A stretch of 62,206 nt of DNA, filler included, from Sphacelaria rigidula (lineage: Eukaryota), in assembly GCA_964200075.2 (NCBI GenBank). It is 9 parts of 9 records of this genome, joined end to end, with 100 filler letters (N's around TTAATTAATTAA, not from the genome) between each part and the next. Parts side by side here need not be neighbours in the genome. Positions count along the whole stretch, not along the records: positions 1 to 6,824 come from CAXNAA020017904.1; positions 6,925 to 13,747 come from CAXNAA020017905.1; 7 more parts are not named here. One strand, given 5' to 3'. The notes under the pieces are model-generated. The model saw only the letters and a program-made list of their open reading frames with translations. It had not been told where the DNA came from and ran no database searches. Shown here in pieces: positions 1 to 11,346 of this stretch (positions are counted from its first letter, which is position 1; the number at the start of each line of letters is the position of its first letter). A program made the position numbers and the translations under genes.

Positions 1-449
1 GGGGGGGGGGGAGGCATTGGATCCTGTGGCAAAAGCTACGAGTCCCCTTGCCCGTACCCTACGGTAGGTATCTGTCATACTCTTAGCCAATCTACCCTTA
101 GATCTTTGTGCGATCGAATGTCGCTACGAATCCGCCCACTCGTGGTTATAAACGCAACATAAGTCGCCCAGATATTTAGGAATATATACACGAATACAGT
201 GCGTGTATCTCTACTACTACTACCCCATGAAAAGGAAAAATTTCACGCGTTGGACAGTGTATGATCAGTCTTAATAGAAAAAAAATGTACTGCGCAGTGC
301 AGTGTACACCATATTTTGTCATACTCCGCAGCAACCTTCCAACGCACTCGAATCATGACGAAAAAACTTGTCCGCGCAACCTGCAGTAATATTCAGAACA
401 AAAACGGCAACAAACTGAACTTTGAAAAACAATCGTTGCCGTGATCCAG

Positions 450-759
450 GATCGTCTTGTACAAGCCGAGGTGTCAGCGCGAGAGACCCAAACATTGAAA
501 GCTCAACTTGAAGAGGCGAAGTGCGGGTTCGAAAATGAAACTGTTAGAATGCGTGACGCGGAACGCGAAGCGAAACGAGCCGCAGATGCGGCGAAATCGG
601 CGACGGTTCGAGCCGAAACGTCACGAGCGAATGGACAAGAGGCAATGGACGGTTTCCAGAAGTGGATGGAATCGACTCTACAGAGGATTGAAGACGCGTG
701 TGCTGACGCCTTACGGGGAGTGGGAGACCGGTGCCCAGCTTCTGGCGGCGGGTACATAG
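450..759 (+). CDS. Internal exon of a coiled-coil host protein (exon A)
   Basis: CCAG|GAT acceptor at 449/450. Open E/A/R-rich helical frame DRLVQAEVSARETQTLKAQLEEAK...FQKWMESTLQRIEDAC. Donor TAG|GTATCT at 759/760 leaves phase 1, matching exon B. Confidence 0.7.
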
Positions 760-875
760 GTATCTCTCTTTGCAATTTTAGAGATTGGGGTATGTTCTCA
801 CGCGTCGGACAGCTCATGAGCGACCTTAATATGACTTGTTGTTTGTGTATTGATCCGGACCATGAGCTCGCTTAA

Positions 876-973
876 CCCTTGGACGGCGAGAGTAGGTCAT
901 CTGTCGAATTGGCATCCATTTCACTTGAAAATATTATGCATGGTCCAGATGGACTACCCTCGCAGTCGAAGAG
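876..973. mobile_element. ~100-bp piggyBac-type MITE (TTAA TSD)
   Basis: TTAA at 872-875 and 974-977. About 20-bp imperfect TIR: cccttggacggcgagagtag / ctaccctcgcagtcgaagag. Four related copies elsewhere in the window. Confidence 0.8.
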
Positions 974-1474
974 TTAATTATCCCATGTTTTCATATTCGC
1001 TCCTTACAGCGCTGAACGTCGAGTACGGGGAGTACCGCAAAGGTTGTGCTTTCACTTCTCTGACCCCGCGGTCACGTGTTCTGTGTTACTAGACCGAAAG
1101 GTCTCAGGGTCTCCTCCGATCAGTTATTTTGGGTAGCTCATGAGCTGTCACATGTGGGTAAGTTTTCTCGCCTCATTTCTCCATTTCTCCCACTGTCTTT
1201 GTTACATGGTGTCGTCTGTGAAGTCTTGCAATGCCACTGCTTACCGTAAGAAAGATACTTCCTGCGACGGGATACTTGAGTTTTGTAGACACTTGGCGCC
1301 TGGTTTGACCTAAACACGGGAAAGGTCGCCACCTCACGCCTTGGTCATTTTCCACTCTTGCATCACCTCATCGAGAGAAGCCTAGCTCACTCTTCTGCTT
1401 TTCTAGGGTCCCAGTCATGGCAAGTTATCGATCGAAATATGAAGACGACGTGAAAATTTGACGAGTAATCAAAC

Positions 1475-1819
1475 GGTCGCCCCGGTGGCTCAGTTGGTAA
1501 CCTCGAAACCCTCTGACGGTTGGGTTGCGGGTTCGAACCTCGGAGTGATCTGGGATATTTTCTCATGCCCAACAGTGGAGAGCGACTATGTCGTGGGTAC
1601 GCAACATTCGACGTAACGGTCGACGGGGGGAAGGGACTGCCAAGCCCCTCTCACGATAAAAATAAAAGGCCAGCACCGCAGAAAGAAAGTGAAGTAGCAA
1701 GAATAAAAAACTGTTGTTTTGATCTTCCTCCTGCATGACCCCGGCTGGTCCGCCCACATATACCGAAAGGTGTAGACTGGCGTGCAGAATAGATGGGACG
1801 ACAACACACATACACACAT
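1475..1819 (+). mobile_element. tRNA-derived SINE, copy 1
   Basis: Pol III A box TGGCTCAGTTGG and B box GGTTCGAACC, ~270-bp body, (CA)n tail. Colinear homolog at 11347-11709. Confidence 0.85.
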
Positions 1820-2325
1820 CACGTGGTTTCGTGTCATATTCCATGTCTGGCAAGTGACCGTTTGCGAAGCCCAGGAGTCTAGAAAATCGGAAAAAGTGGG
1901 CTAGGCTGCTCTTGGCGAGGTGATGGTGATGAACAGTGTCCGAGTTATGTAGGGCGTTATATTTGTGTTTTGGGGTAAAAATATCCCAACACTCAAATAT
2001 CTATTATCGGAACTTCCACATCATGTAGGAGAAGTGGCTTCATTGCTACTGATTTTTTTGTTTTGTTTTTCAAGAGAACAGCACGAGAAGAGTGGCGTGC
2101 GCGCTACCGTACCCTGGCTCGGATGTTATCCAAGTCAAAAATGGGATGGTCCCGGTATCATTTAAAAGGCCGACTCACCGACTCCTCTCTCTTGCATGCC
2201 CCCCCCTCCAGCGCTGATAATGTTGTTTGACTGTGTATGTGCAATTCTGTTATTGTCATCCCGTGTAAATTATAATGTTGTTTAGGGCCCTGCGCATGTA
2301 AATATTACTGTTTCTTAGTTGTTCT

Positions 2326-2351
2326 AGTTGTGGTTGTTGTTGTTGTTGTTG
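2326..2351. repeat. (GTT)n microsatellite, possibly a retroelement 3' tail
   Basis: agttgtggttgttgttgttgttgttg seen directly. The retroelement-tail interpretation is inference. Confidence 0.6.
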
Positions 2352-2560
2352 TGTAGTTTCTTGGTATTTGTGTCGTGTTCTGCCCGTATGCTACTTTTTT
2401 TATTCCCGTAAACTCTATCGCCACCGCCATCTACCCCAAAATGAAGATTCCCTCTTCGTTTCAGTAGTGCACAGCGAACTGACTCGGCCCCAGAGCTGAG
2501 GAAGCCCAAAATCGCAAACGCTAACCTACCAAAAATGCGGCCATCTTAGCACGACCGTAA

Positions 2561-3539
2561 GGCTACTTCTGGTGTATAAAAAAACGTTATAAAAAAACAG
2601 TTTTTCAACAAAGCGTTTTGAATATAACTTTTGAAATAGCCCTTCTTACGTGATCGACGCTATCAAAATTGGGAGAACAGTGTTCATAGTTTTTCGCAAG
2701 GTGTGTGGGCATATTTTCAAATTCTGGGGCGCGCGAGAGAGACATGGCACTCTGCTATCGCGTCGTGGTGTACGGTCCGTACCGTCTGTCTGTACTACTG
2801 TAATGTATTGACTGAGCAGTATATGACGGGCTGTGTGACGCAAGACGATCAACAAGAACACCTTGCTGTACTATTAAACTGACAGTGGAAGTGACTGTTT
2901 GGCTTTGTCGCTGCGCGGTACTAGTCGGCTGTACGGACAGCACGGAAAAGTACAGACAGTGCTGTACTGTGCGCATTGGCTGAAGTACTACATTAAAAGC
3001 ACTGCTTATAGTCTTGTGTGTGTGCAGTCAGTACGGTCCTGTCTCTGCAAGGCTTGGGTGCATGGGCAGTCAGTCTGCACTGCATTGCGACTGCTGTTCG
3101 CAACACTCTGCATGCACAGACCTGACCTGAGCTACAATACTGTACGGATGACATACAAACTGTCTGTACAGCACTTGTCATCGGCCCTGTCCTGTGCCAC
3201 CACGATACTGGCGAGCGAAGGACAATCAAGCAACACCCTGACTGCCCGCAAGCACCAGCACCAGTAGTAGTGATGGCAGCCGAGCCACCATGGGTGCTAT
3301 CGTGGACTGTAGTGTGTGTTGACGGGTGGTGGGGTTTCAAACGCTTTTTCAATATCATTTTTCGACAGCTCAAGGTTATCAGAAAACCACTGTTTTTCGA
3401 TAACTTCGGGCAATCGGAAATGTGATCAGATGTTTTCTTTTATCGAAAAACACCTTTTCTGATCACTTAAGTAGTGCTTTTTTGGCCCTTCTTCAGAAAA
3501 CGGCTTTTTATATCGTTTTTTTAAACATAAGAAGTCGCC
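2561..3539. mobile_element. Non-autonomous PIF/Harbinger (Tourist-like) element, 979 bp
   Basis: TAA TSD at 2558-2560 and 3540-3542. About 45-bp imperfect TIR: ggctacttctggtgtataaaaaaacgttataaaaa versus reverse complement ggcgacttcttatgtttaaaaaaacgatataaaaa. Confidence 0.8.
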
Positions 3540-4566
3540 TAAAATACTTTTAAATCTTCATTTTTCCAAAATTTACCCTATTTTTCATGTGGTGTATATT
3601 ACTTTTCTTATTTTTTATATTCTCAAATTTGAAGTTAATCATAAGTTTATTTTATTATTTTATTATTTTAATTACTCCATTATCATAATTTTTTTTTCTT
3701 GCTTGAAGAGGCGGGCACCGAGAAAGTATGTATATTGTATGATCTTCGGAGATCGTGGAAGGCCGTTGAGCAGGTACTTTGTGTGGGGGGGTGAGTGGGT
3801 GAAACCCTTGGGGTTGCTTTTCGCGGATAATCTGTTGGTGCGGTCGTATTGTTTGTGTTATTTCGATTCGTGTGGTCGTATATCTATGAGATTATTCTTT
3901 GGTTAGATGCGAGTCTTGTTCCATCTGTTGTTGTGATTCCAGTGAAATGTTCTCGGCAATGCGGGAGGTTCTATGATGACTATCCCAAAAAGCGGTGTTT
4001 CGGCAAGGATGTTACTTCAATTTCAACCTGTCGTTAAAGTTTTCTCGTGCTTCATAAATTTGTTCATGCTGCTATAGAACATGGTCCGATTTGTTGAATG
4101 TGTACACCGCACTCTATTGCGTTCTACTGACTCTTTCATCATTTTATTCGCTTTCGTTTCCTTGTATATTCCCATCTGCTTTCGTTGTGTGCTCCCTCTT
4201 TGCCAACGTGTTTTCGTTCCTACTTTTTCACCCACAGAGCAGTCGATGAACATAGTTCTTATTATTTTCCACACTTGCCCCTTCACTGTTGTATGTATTT
4301 ACTTCGAAATTTGTTTCATATTTGGTGATTTTTTCGCTTTTTTGCTTTTGTTCTGTTATTTTTCGCGGGCGAACAGCCAATGATCAAAGTTCAGGATGCA
4401 CTGTACCTTACAAGAAAATAAAGAACAACCAGGTCACCATGTTGCAGCCATTTACTTTTTATTTTTTGCGATTATTCCAAATATTGGCGGTCTCCTCAGC
4501 CCTCATCGGCACGTCTTGACACGTCTCTCTTCTTCACCTTGTGATGAGGATTATTGTGATCCTTAA

Positions 4567-4663
4567 CCTTAGACCGTAATGCAAGTAGTCCATCTGGATT
4601 ACCCATATTTTCAAGTAGAATTGATGCCGATTCAGCAGGTGACCTACCGTCGCCGTCAAAGGG
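4567..4663. mobile_element. piggyBac-type MITE, inverted copy of the 876-973 family
   Basis: TTAA at both ends (4563-4566, 4664-4667). Interior is the reverse-complement homolog of 876-973. Confidence 0.75.
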
Positions 4664-4771
4664 TTAATCTCGATAACCGGCTGTGTTCCACCACTGTTTT
4701 CTCTTCTCCATCTCCTTTTTTCTTGCTTTTGTTTCTCAATCTTGTTTGAAAGGAAGATTCCTCCCACCCAC

Positions 4772-4830
4772 CCATGCGAGGTCAATGGTCTTATGACTAT
4801 GGCATGCATGATCATGAGTACACCCCCCAC
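4772..4830 (+). repeat. LINE 3'-module copy ending in a C-tract
   Basis: atgcgaggtcaatggtcttatgactatggcatgcatgatcatgagtacacccccc matches copies at 5202, 8717, 41540 and 48463 and the LINE 3' end at ~9296-9390. Confidence 0.7.
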
Positions 4831-4917
4831 CCAGTTGAGTGATGCCGCGACAACCCCCCCTCCCAAAAGGACCAAACACCTGTCACGAAGAAATGTCCAT
4901 ACAGCGCGTCAAATTAA

Positions 4918-5150
4918 TGAGCTGGTTTCAAAACCATGTTATCTAAGGAAGGACTGCATATGAACAATGTAGATAGCTGGTTTCAGCGACCAGATCTTGA
5001 AATTATTGCCGAAGAGTGCAGATATGACTGATTTTAGAAACCAAATCTAAGGACTTGATATGAAGAATGCACGCATAGTAGCTCGTTTCAGAAATCAGGT
5101 CTTGAAATTTTCGTCGAATTATGCAGAAACAACAATTTCAGAAACCAGTT
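4918..5150. repeat. Degenerate direct repeats (agctggtttca...tcttgaaatt...tgcaga)
   Basis: The motif recurs at ~4920, ~4974 and ~5080. Confidence 0.5.
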
Positions 5151-5201
5151 TTACACACCTCACATGAAGCGGTTGCCGCAGTCCCCTTCAACATCTCTCT
5201 G

Positions 5202-5305
5202 GAGGGGGGGGGGTGCACTCATGATCTTGCATGCCGTAGTCGCCAGAGCTTTGACCTCGCATCCCCGCAAAGTCGGGTCCCGGGTTTTCGCTGGGCCAGG
5301 GGGGC
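5202..5305 (-). repeat. LINE 3'-module copy (~100 bp, C-tract at both ends)
   Basis: Reverse complement reads ccccctggcccagcgaaaacccgggacccgactttgcggggatgcgaggtcaaag...catgagtgcaccccc. Confidence 0.7.
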
Positions 5306-5410
5306 ATACCGCGATATCATTAAGTTCAGTTCGCTGAGAGGTCCCTCATGTCACCGTACCACCCCCGTATCCCCCTCCCCCAAATGTAACGACTGCTGTT
5401 TCATCATCAG

Positions 5411-5676
5411 GCACCGCATTGGGCACGCAGAGAACCAACCAACAAATGCCTCTATCAACGAAGTCAATAGGGGCCGGCGGCAAGGCTGAAAGATGTTTAG
5501 CAAGAATTTTGTCGAGGCTGGAGGCTGCCAGGGAGTTCAGAGCTTGGGTGGCGTTTGAGGCGGAGAGACTAGGCAGCGACGCCAGGACGGGACTGGAGGA
5601 GTTAAGGGGACGGTGGGAAGCGGGTGTGCAGAGGCTCAAGGTGGCTGAAGACCAGCTTTCCAAGCTCCGGCAGGAG
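5411..5676 (+). CDS. Internal exon of the coiled-coil host protein (exon B)
   Basis: Acceptor tttcatcatcag|GC and donor GAG|GTGAGG. Helical frame ...LARILSRLEAAREFRAWVAFEAERLG...VQRLKVAEDQLSKLRQE. Phase-compatible with exon A (G+GC = Gly). Confidence 0.75.
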
Positions 5677-5971
5677 GTGAGGGGTGCGTGGATAGGTTGA
5701 GGCGGGTGGGGTTCATCCGGTTCGTCCCTTATGATCCGTGCTCGCCACGCGAAGTTTTCATGGTTTGAGCCCTAACCGCCGGCATGGTCGAAGGCTATAA
5801 CTGGGCGGGCATGCAGGGGAAGTGCTACTGTGATATGACACACGGTTTGATGGAATGTTAACATACGGCGATGGTAACGTCTGTCGGTGTTATTGCCACG
5901 TTGCGCAGAAACTCGCTCTCTTTCTCAACGTCATGTGAGTTCAGCGTTCCCGGTAAACCGAGCGGAAGCAG

Positions 5972-5973
<2 letters not shown>

Positions 5974-6002
<29 letters not shown>
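5974..6002. repeat. (CAG)n microsatellite
   Basis: About 9 tandem GCA units. Confidence 0.9.
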
Positions 6003-6744
6003 CAAAACATTTTGTCATGCCGATTTTATCAACACCATTCTGTTTCACAAATGTGCTCTGGAACAAGACACTAACGACGGAATGTGAGGCGTTCCCTTGT
6101 GCCCCATTCGGTCACAACTGTGGCAACGTTCGTCATGAAAACATGGGTTGCGCTTTCACATGAATGGGGGGGGGGGGAGCGCGGCTTCACATGTACAACG
6201 AGGCTTGTTGTGTTGCTCGATCTCAAAACGATGAGTAAGTACATCACGTGATTGCTCGTTTTCCCTAGGATTATTTACACGTTGTTGCAGAAGGTTCATA
6301 CCTTTCATACATGATGTACTGACAGCCTTCACACGCCTCCTCCGAGTCGGTCTTTGTGGAAACGGGAAATAGTATCCTTCGAGGTACAATGGGGCACGGC
6401 TTACATGAACATGTAGATAAGTTAGATTGTTAAAATGACGAATTTATGCGACGCATGTCGTTCTCTTCTTGTCTTTCCGGCGCACACTGCGCACTGAGCT
6501 CTGCACCACCAGCTGCCGGGACAGAGGAGGGAATGATGTGCGCACGTAAACGTCCGCGACGTAAGCAGGCGGCCGATAGGATAGCAGTCGGAAGTCAATT
6601 TGCAATATCGCAGAAGTCAGGCGCTAGTGGACCCTTTGCGCTATATTTCCGCATTAGTTTAATATACGTATTAACAAGGAAGTTATCTGTTGCTGCTGCC
6701 TTACTAATCAGAGGCGGCTACTCCTCTCCACTATATCCCCCCTC

Positions 6745-6824
6745 ATATACGAGTCGTCGAAAGGACGAGCAAGAAGATGGACAGAATTGCCTCTGTGGCA
6801 AAGCAATAGAGAGCAGAAGTCATA
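6745..6824 (+). pseudogene. Fragment of a LINE ORF2 C-terminus (same family as 9230-10973)
   Basis: YTSRRKDEQEDGQNCLCGKAIESRSH matches CGKAIKSRTH in the LINE at ~9650-9720. Cut by the contig end. Confidence 0.7.
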
Positions 6825-6924
6825 NNNNNNNNNNNNNNNNNNNNNNNNNNNNNNNNNNNNNNNNNNNNTTAATTAATTAANNNNNNNNNNNNNNNNNNNN
6901 NNNNNNNNNNNNNNNNNNNNNNNN
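6825..6924. other. Artificial contig linker N44-TTAATTAATTAA-N44
   Basis: Identical 100-bp all-frame-stop spacers also at 13748-13847, 20671-20770, 27594-27693, 34517-34616, 41440-41539, 48363-48462 and 55285-55384. Confidence 0.98.
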
Positions 6925-7312
6925 GCACGCAGTCGGCTGGCCTCCTCTTCATTTCTGTGCCGTGAGGTCATGAACCTCTCCGCTCCCTGCAGCACTCCCG
7001 CGTGCCACGGCAACCCCCCCTCCTTATTCGCTGCTGAAGTCCATAGGACGCGTTCAATTTCGAATGTCTGGCGGTTGTCTTCCGTAGAGCCATCTGTCGG
7101 CTCCGAAAGCGTGGATATCGTCCCTCAGGCACTTCAGCCAGTTTTGTTCCGGGCACCCTGGTCCTGGATCCTCTCCCCCGACGAGTGTTCCGAATGCTAT
7201 TCGCTTCGGTAATTGTCCGTCCGATTTTCTAGCCAGGGCTCCCGCGAACAGCAGTCGTCGTTGCCGGACGACGGCTTCGGCACTTTGGCATCCAGTCTTC
7301 ATGAGGGCACTG
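6925..7312 (-). pseudogene. RTE-type LINE ORF C-terminal fragment
   Basis: ALMKTGCQSAEAVVRQRRLLFAGALARKSDGQLPKRIAFGTLVGGEDPGPGCPEQNWLKCLRDD matches the RTE post-RT motif (R.R.L...G...R....RLPK...G.L..G....G.P...W). Continues after a frameshift as WHAGVLQGAERFM. Confidence 0.75.
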
Positions 7313-8716
7313 CTTGTTTTTCCCGCTCACACGATTATACGTGTGCGTACCGAGTGCGATAATTATTTTTTTTGTGCTGATTATTTTGTTTGTGGCAGTC
7401 TGGTTCACGATATACACCATCTCTACCGTTTCTGCAATTTGGAATTTTATTTGTCCGTTCGGCGGCGGCTGCTCGCTGGCTTTTTGATAGTTTTTTGCGC
7501 CATCAGCATGGCGAACCTACAACTGACTCCGGAAACGCATTTGTGCCCCGGAGGTGTTGCTGCTCATGATATAACGTCTGGGGTGTGGATCATTCCAGTT
7601 ACGGAACAGCACCATCTTTGATTGGCTTAGTCATTATGTAGTTTTGGCACCCGAAAACGCAAGGCACGGCGACTTGAACCGTGAGGGGTAAAATAGTGCG
7701 AAATGATCGATAGAGGCAGCGTGAACGAACACAGTGGTTTCGCCCCCGATGGCTTTCGCTGGCGAATCCAGCCTCCGTAATCGAGCCGCGTGGTAGATCT
7801 GCGTCGGGGAGTCCTGATTTATCTTGCAAGTGAGCCAAATATTTACGGCGCTCGCGTGCTGGTTTCATACTGGAACGGTGGTGCGTTTTTCTCCACCAAG
7901 CCTGCTTCGTCGTAAAGTTTCTCCAGACATTGTATACAAGACGAAGTTTGAAGTGTTTCAGGTGTGAGAATGATATTATAATTATTAGGTTTTTGGATTG
8001 ACGTGTGAAACCTGGAAAATGACTGTCAAACCGCTTCTCATCAATGCGAGAAAAAAAAATATAGATAGTGCCGATATTGGCTCTCAACAACCGGTTTTTC
8101 GCCCAGGAGCGCCGGTCAATTTTGCCAGTTCGAATGAGCTTTTTTTACACTCAAGAAAGTTTTCAGTCGTGATTGAGGGATCCGATTTCTGGTGTTCTCT
8201 TTTTCTGAATTCGCATGTTGCCGTTCAAGATACTTTGATGATACTCTGCAAAGCTCTCTGTGAGTGAGAGCAGCGGACTAATACACGCCGTATTCTTGTA
8301 AACCCGACTTGTGGTAGAGAAGAGGCTGGTCCTCATATTTTTCTTATCAAATGCCGTGTGGAGCAACAGCCTGCTCTCGTAGTGACCTCCTGTGCTATGC
8401 CAGAGAATTCCGGTACAATTTGGCGTCTTCTGTCGGGCGCAGGTTTCTCTCTTTGCCCAAGACAGTGCTGCGAACCTTGGGTCAAAATCAAACTGCGCTG
8501 TCGCGGCCATCGGCAAACGCACATGTACTCCTGAACCCTGTCGAAGAGCTGATTTTGATGCAAGTCAATCCTATTTTCAGGGGAAGAACGCTTTCGAAGG
8601 GCCAGGCACGACCGAGCACTTTCTCTCAACATAATATTTTCATGACAATGGCTTGAGAGCATCGTGTTTTGCCCCGGAAGAGTGCCCGCGTGGGTGCTGC
8701 GGAGTTGTGGTGGTGG

Positions 8717-8815
8717 TGGGGGTGTACTCATGGTCTTGATTGGCATAGTGATCTGACCGTTGACTTCGCATCCCTACAAAGCCGGGGCGGAACACGCCGG
8801 GTTTTCGCCGGACCA
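8717..8815 (-). repeat. LINE 3'-module copy
   Basis: Reverse complement reads tggtccggcgaaaacccggcgtgttccgccccggctttgtagggatgcgaagtcaacggtc...catgagtacaccccc. Confidence 0.75.
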
Positions 8816-9229
8816 TGCTTGCACTCAATCACCAAGCGCAAAGCGCCGTGGTGTGCTCGGCGAGTCGCACGAAGGGTAAGCCGCATCCTGCGTTGTTCCG
8901 CCCGAAGCGTACCGATTGTTTTGCACTTGAATTACAGCCTACAATGAGTTGCTTCATTCTCTGGTATCGCCACTTCTAGAGACAGCCACGGCTTATGTGC
9001 TGCCTCATGTGTGTCCCACCATTTGAACACAACGTAGTACGATCATCTCTCTTGCGCGGAGTTGAGGTTCTCCCACCCCGCACAGCATAATCCAGCTCGA
9101 CCACCACCATGGTTACCGCGAAAAAAACGCACGCGTGCAAAATAAAACAGTAACCTGGTTGCCTAGCTTACGCAGTTAGTGGCGTGTTTTACGGTGTCAT
9201 CGCCAACCGACGCCAACCCCATAGGGGGG

Positions 9230-10973
9230 TCCGCCCCCACAAAGCCGGGGCGGAGCACGCTGGATTATCGCCGGACCAGGTGGCGGTGGTGGTCGGGGGG
9301 GGGGGGGAGGCGTACTCATTCGTTGTTTGCCTTAAAAATCAAATAGTCGTTTGACCATTGACACGTATCCCTTTCGAGACGGAGCACCGTCCCTACCCCT
9401 AATAGAGACACCTCCAACATTTCGGTGCTCATTACGTCTCTTCCATACAATACACAAGAACCTTCTACATATTTCATCCCCATCCTGTTTCGCCGTCTGC
9501 GGCCACAGTCTATCTCCTAGTATCGCCATCGTTTTCTCGCTGTTGTCTAGTGCATCAAACGATTTCATGCCACCTTCATTCACGTCCCGCATTTCCCCCT
9601 CTGGCACGTCCCGTTGCTCCTTGTATAGTTCACATTTTCCCACTGTATGAGTTCTACTCTTTATTGCTTTGCCACAGGGCAATTATGTTAATCTACTTCC
9701 TGCTCCTCTCAACTACTGCTATATCTTTTTTCCCTGGCAAGTTCAGGTTCCCCACCCGAAATCGCAGTTTCAGATTTTTTACCGCATCCATCGGGCCATG
9801 CAGATAGGTTCTCATCCCTATCCCCTCTCTCAACCCCTCGTATATCTTCAGGTGTTCTTCCTCGTTTACTTTGCGTCTCGGCGTTCATTTTGCCGTGTTT
9901 CCATCGTGTCTCTTACTTTTGTCTTGTGCCCCTCACCTTCACCGATGAACAGTATTTCGTCTTGGTTGCCTCCTATCTCCTTCCAAACTTTCTCGACTTC
10001 TTTATCCCACCTTATTCCAGCCTGCCCTTTCGTAATTCGATTTCATCATGTCTCTTTGTTTCAAGCTGGTATATTCCCAATTCTGCTCTCAAAACTGTAT
10101 TACTCGTCGTTTTCGAGCATCCAAGAATTTTCTTAGCTGTTGCCATCTGTACTTTTTCCAATTTTTTCACCGACTTCACGTCCCTCTCCCAAACTTCTCC
10201 TGCATTTTCCAGCTTTGGTGCGATCATATTCATCAGGATAAATATCTCGATCCTAGTATCTAGGTTCGAGTCTCTGAGGATCACGTCCATCCTGTCTATC
10301 TGTGCGTTACCCTCTTCTATTACTTTGTTTATGTATGCATCCCAATGGCAATCTTGTGAGATTTCTACGCCAAGATATGTATACTGGCCTACGATCGTCA
10401 ATTCCTCTTCTCCCCACTTTCATTTGAACTCTACTTTTTTTTCACTTACCCTACATACGAGTACCGCACATTTGTTGACGTTTGATGTCACTCTCCATTT
10501 CCTAGGGTATTCTAGCGCCTTGTCTATCTGTGTCTGCAATCCTTGTGGTGTCTGATATCCCCACGAAATCATCCGCAAACATCAATCCTGATACCATATA
10601 TCCACCCACCTTGACTTCTTGCTTTGCTGCATCATTGCTCTCATCAGGTCATGAATAAATACCTTGAATGAAGTGAGGTGACAACGTACATCCTTGCGCA
10701 ACCTCCTTGTAATTGTAAAAATATTCCGATATTTCCCCGTCTAGCATCATCGCACTTTTCGCACATTCTGTCATCTTCTTGACCATTCTCCAAACTTTTC
10801 CTCCGAGCCCAGTTTCCCACAACTTTTTACAGAGTCCATTTCTCCATACTGTGTCATAGGCCTTTTGCATGTGCAGAAAGAAACAGTACGTGGTCAGCCT
10901 GGCGTCTTTCCTACCTCGAATAATGTTTCCTCATGTGTACACTTGGTCTACGCAACTACGATTTGGTCTAAAA
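9230..10973 (-). mobile_element. 5'-truncated, frameshifted non-LTR retrotransposon (RT plus C-terminal Cys/His region plus 3' end). RTEX-like by inference
   Basis: RT motifs FRPNRSCVDQVYT, QKAYDTVWRNGL, QGCTLSP, MFADD (~10568-10582) and YTYLGV, then VLRAELG and CGKAIKSRTHTVGKC. Multiple frameshifts and stops. Confidence 0.92.
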
Positions 10974-11052
10974 GCTGCTGTGGCGTGGGGTGGGGTGGGG
11001 GGGAAATTGCACACTCGGGACAGTGCACACAACGATAGTTCATTGCTTCAAT

Positions 11053-11335
11053 AGTAGACGCAGGGGAGAATATTTCGATATACAGTGTCGAACACAAAAT
11101 ATAATGAAATACATATATCGATGTGTGGTGTAAGCGACAATAGATGTTACACGACTCGATCGATAGTCTACTGCAATTACTGTTGAAGATCATTGGCCAT
11201 CGATGAACATCGTATACCGCAATAGATTATGGGACGTATCTACCGATAGTCATTCATCAATAGACTTGGCATACAGTCTATCGATAGCCGATGCCGTCAC
11301 CAGTAGATTTGGGAAGCTACCTATCGATGTATTTG
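11053..11335. repeat. Dispersed ATCGAT-rich repeat interrupted by SINE copy 2 (appears to resume at ~11745-11825)
   Basis: Shares gccatcgatg..atcgt.taccgca.tagattatggga and aatagatgtt with 26508-26725. Confidence 0.6.
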
Positions 11336-11346
11336 GTCGGCAAGTC

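Noticed and set aside
1480..1556. tRNA gene (also at 11352-11428)
   Set aside because: A and B boxes are present, but there is no canonical anticodon arm and both copies continue into a shared 270-bp body. These are SINE heads.
6869..6880. Conserved TTAATTAATTAA element recurring every ~6.9 kb
   Set aside because: It is an artificial all-frame-stop linker embedded in N runs.
8717..8815. HDV-like or hammerhead ribozyme in the LINE 3' module or SINE
   Set aside because: I could not build the P1/P2/P3 pseudoknot or a CUGANGA...GAAA core by eye. An Infernal or RNArobo search would settle it.
9351..10555. Plus-strand ORFs 9351-9650, 9669-10136 and 9890-10555 as genes
   Set aside because: They are antisense shadows of the minus-strand LINE RT.
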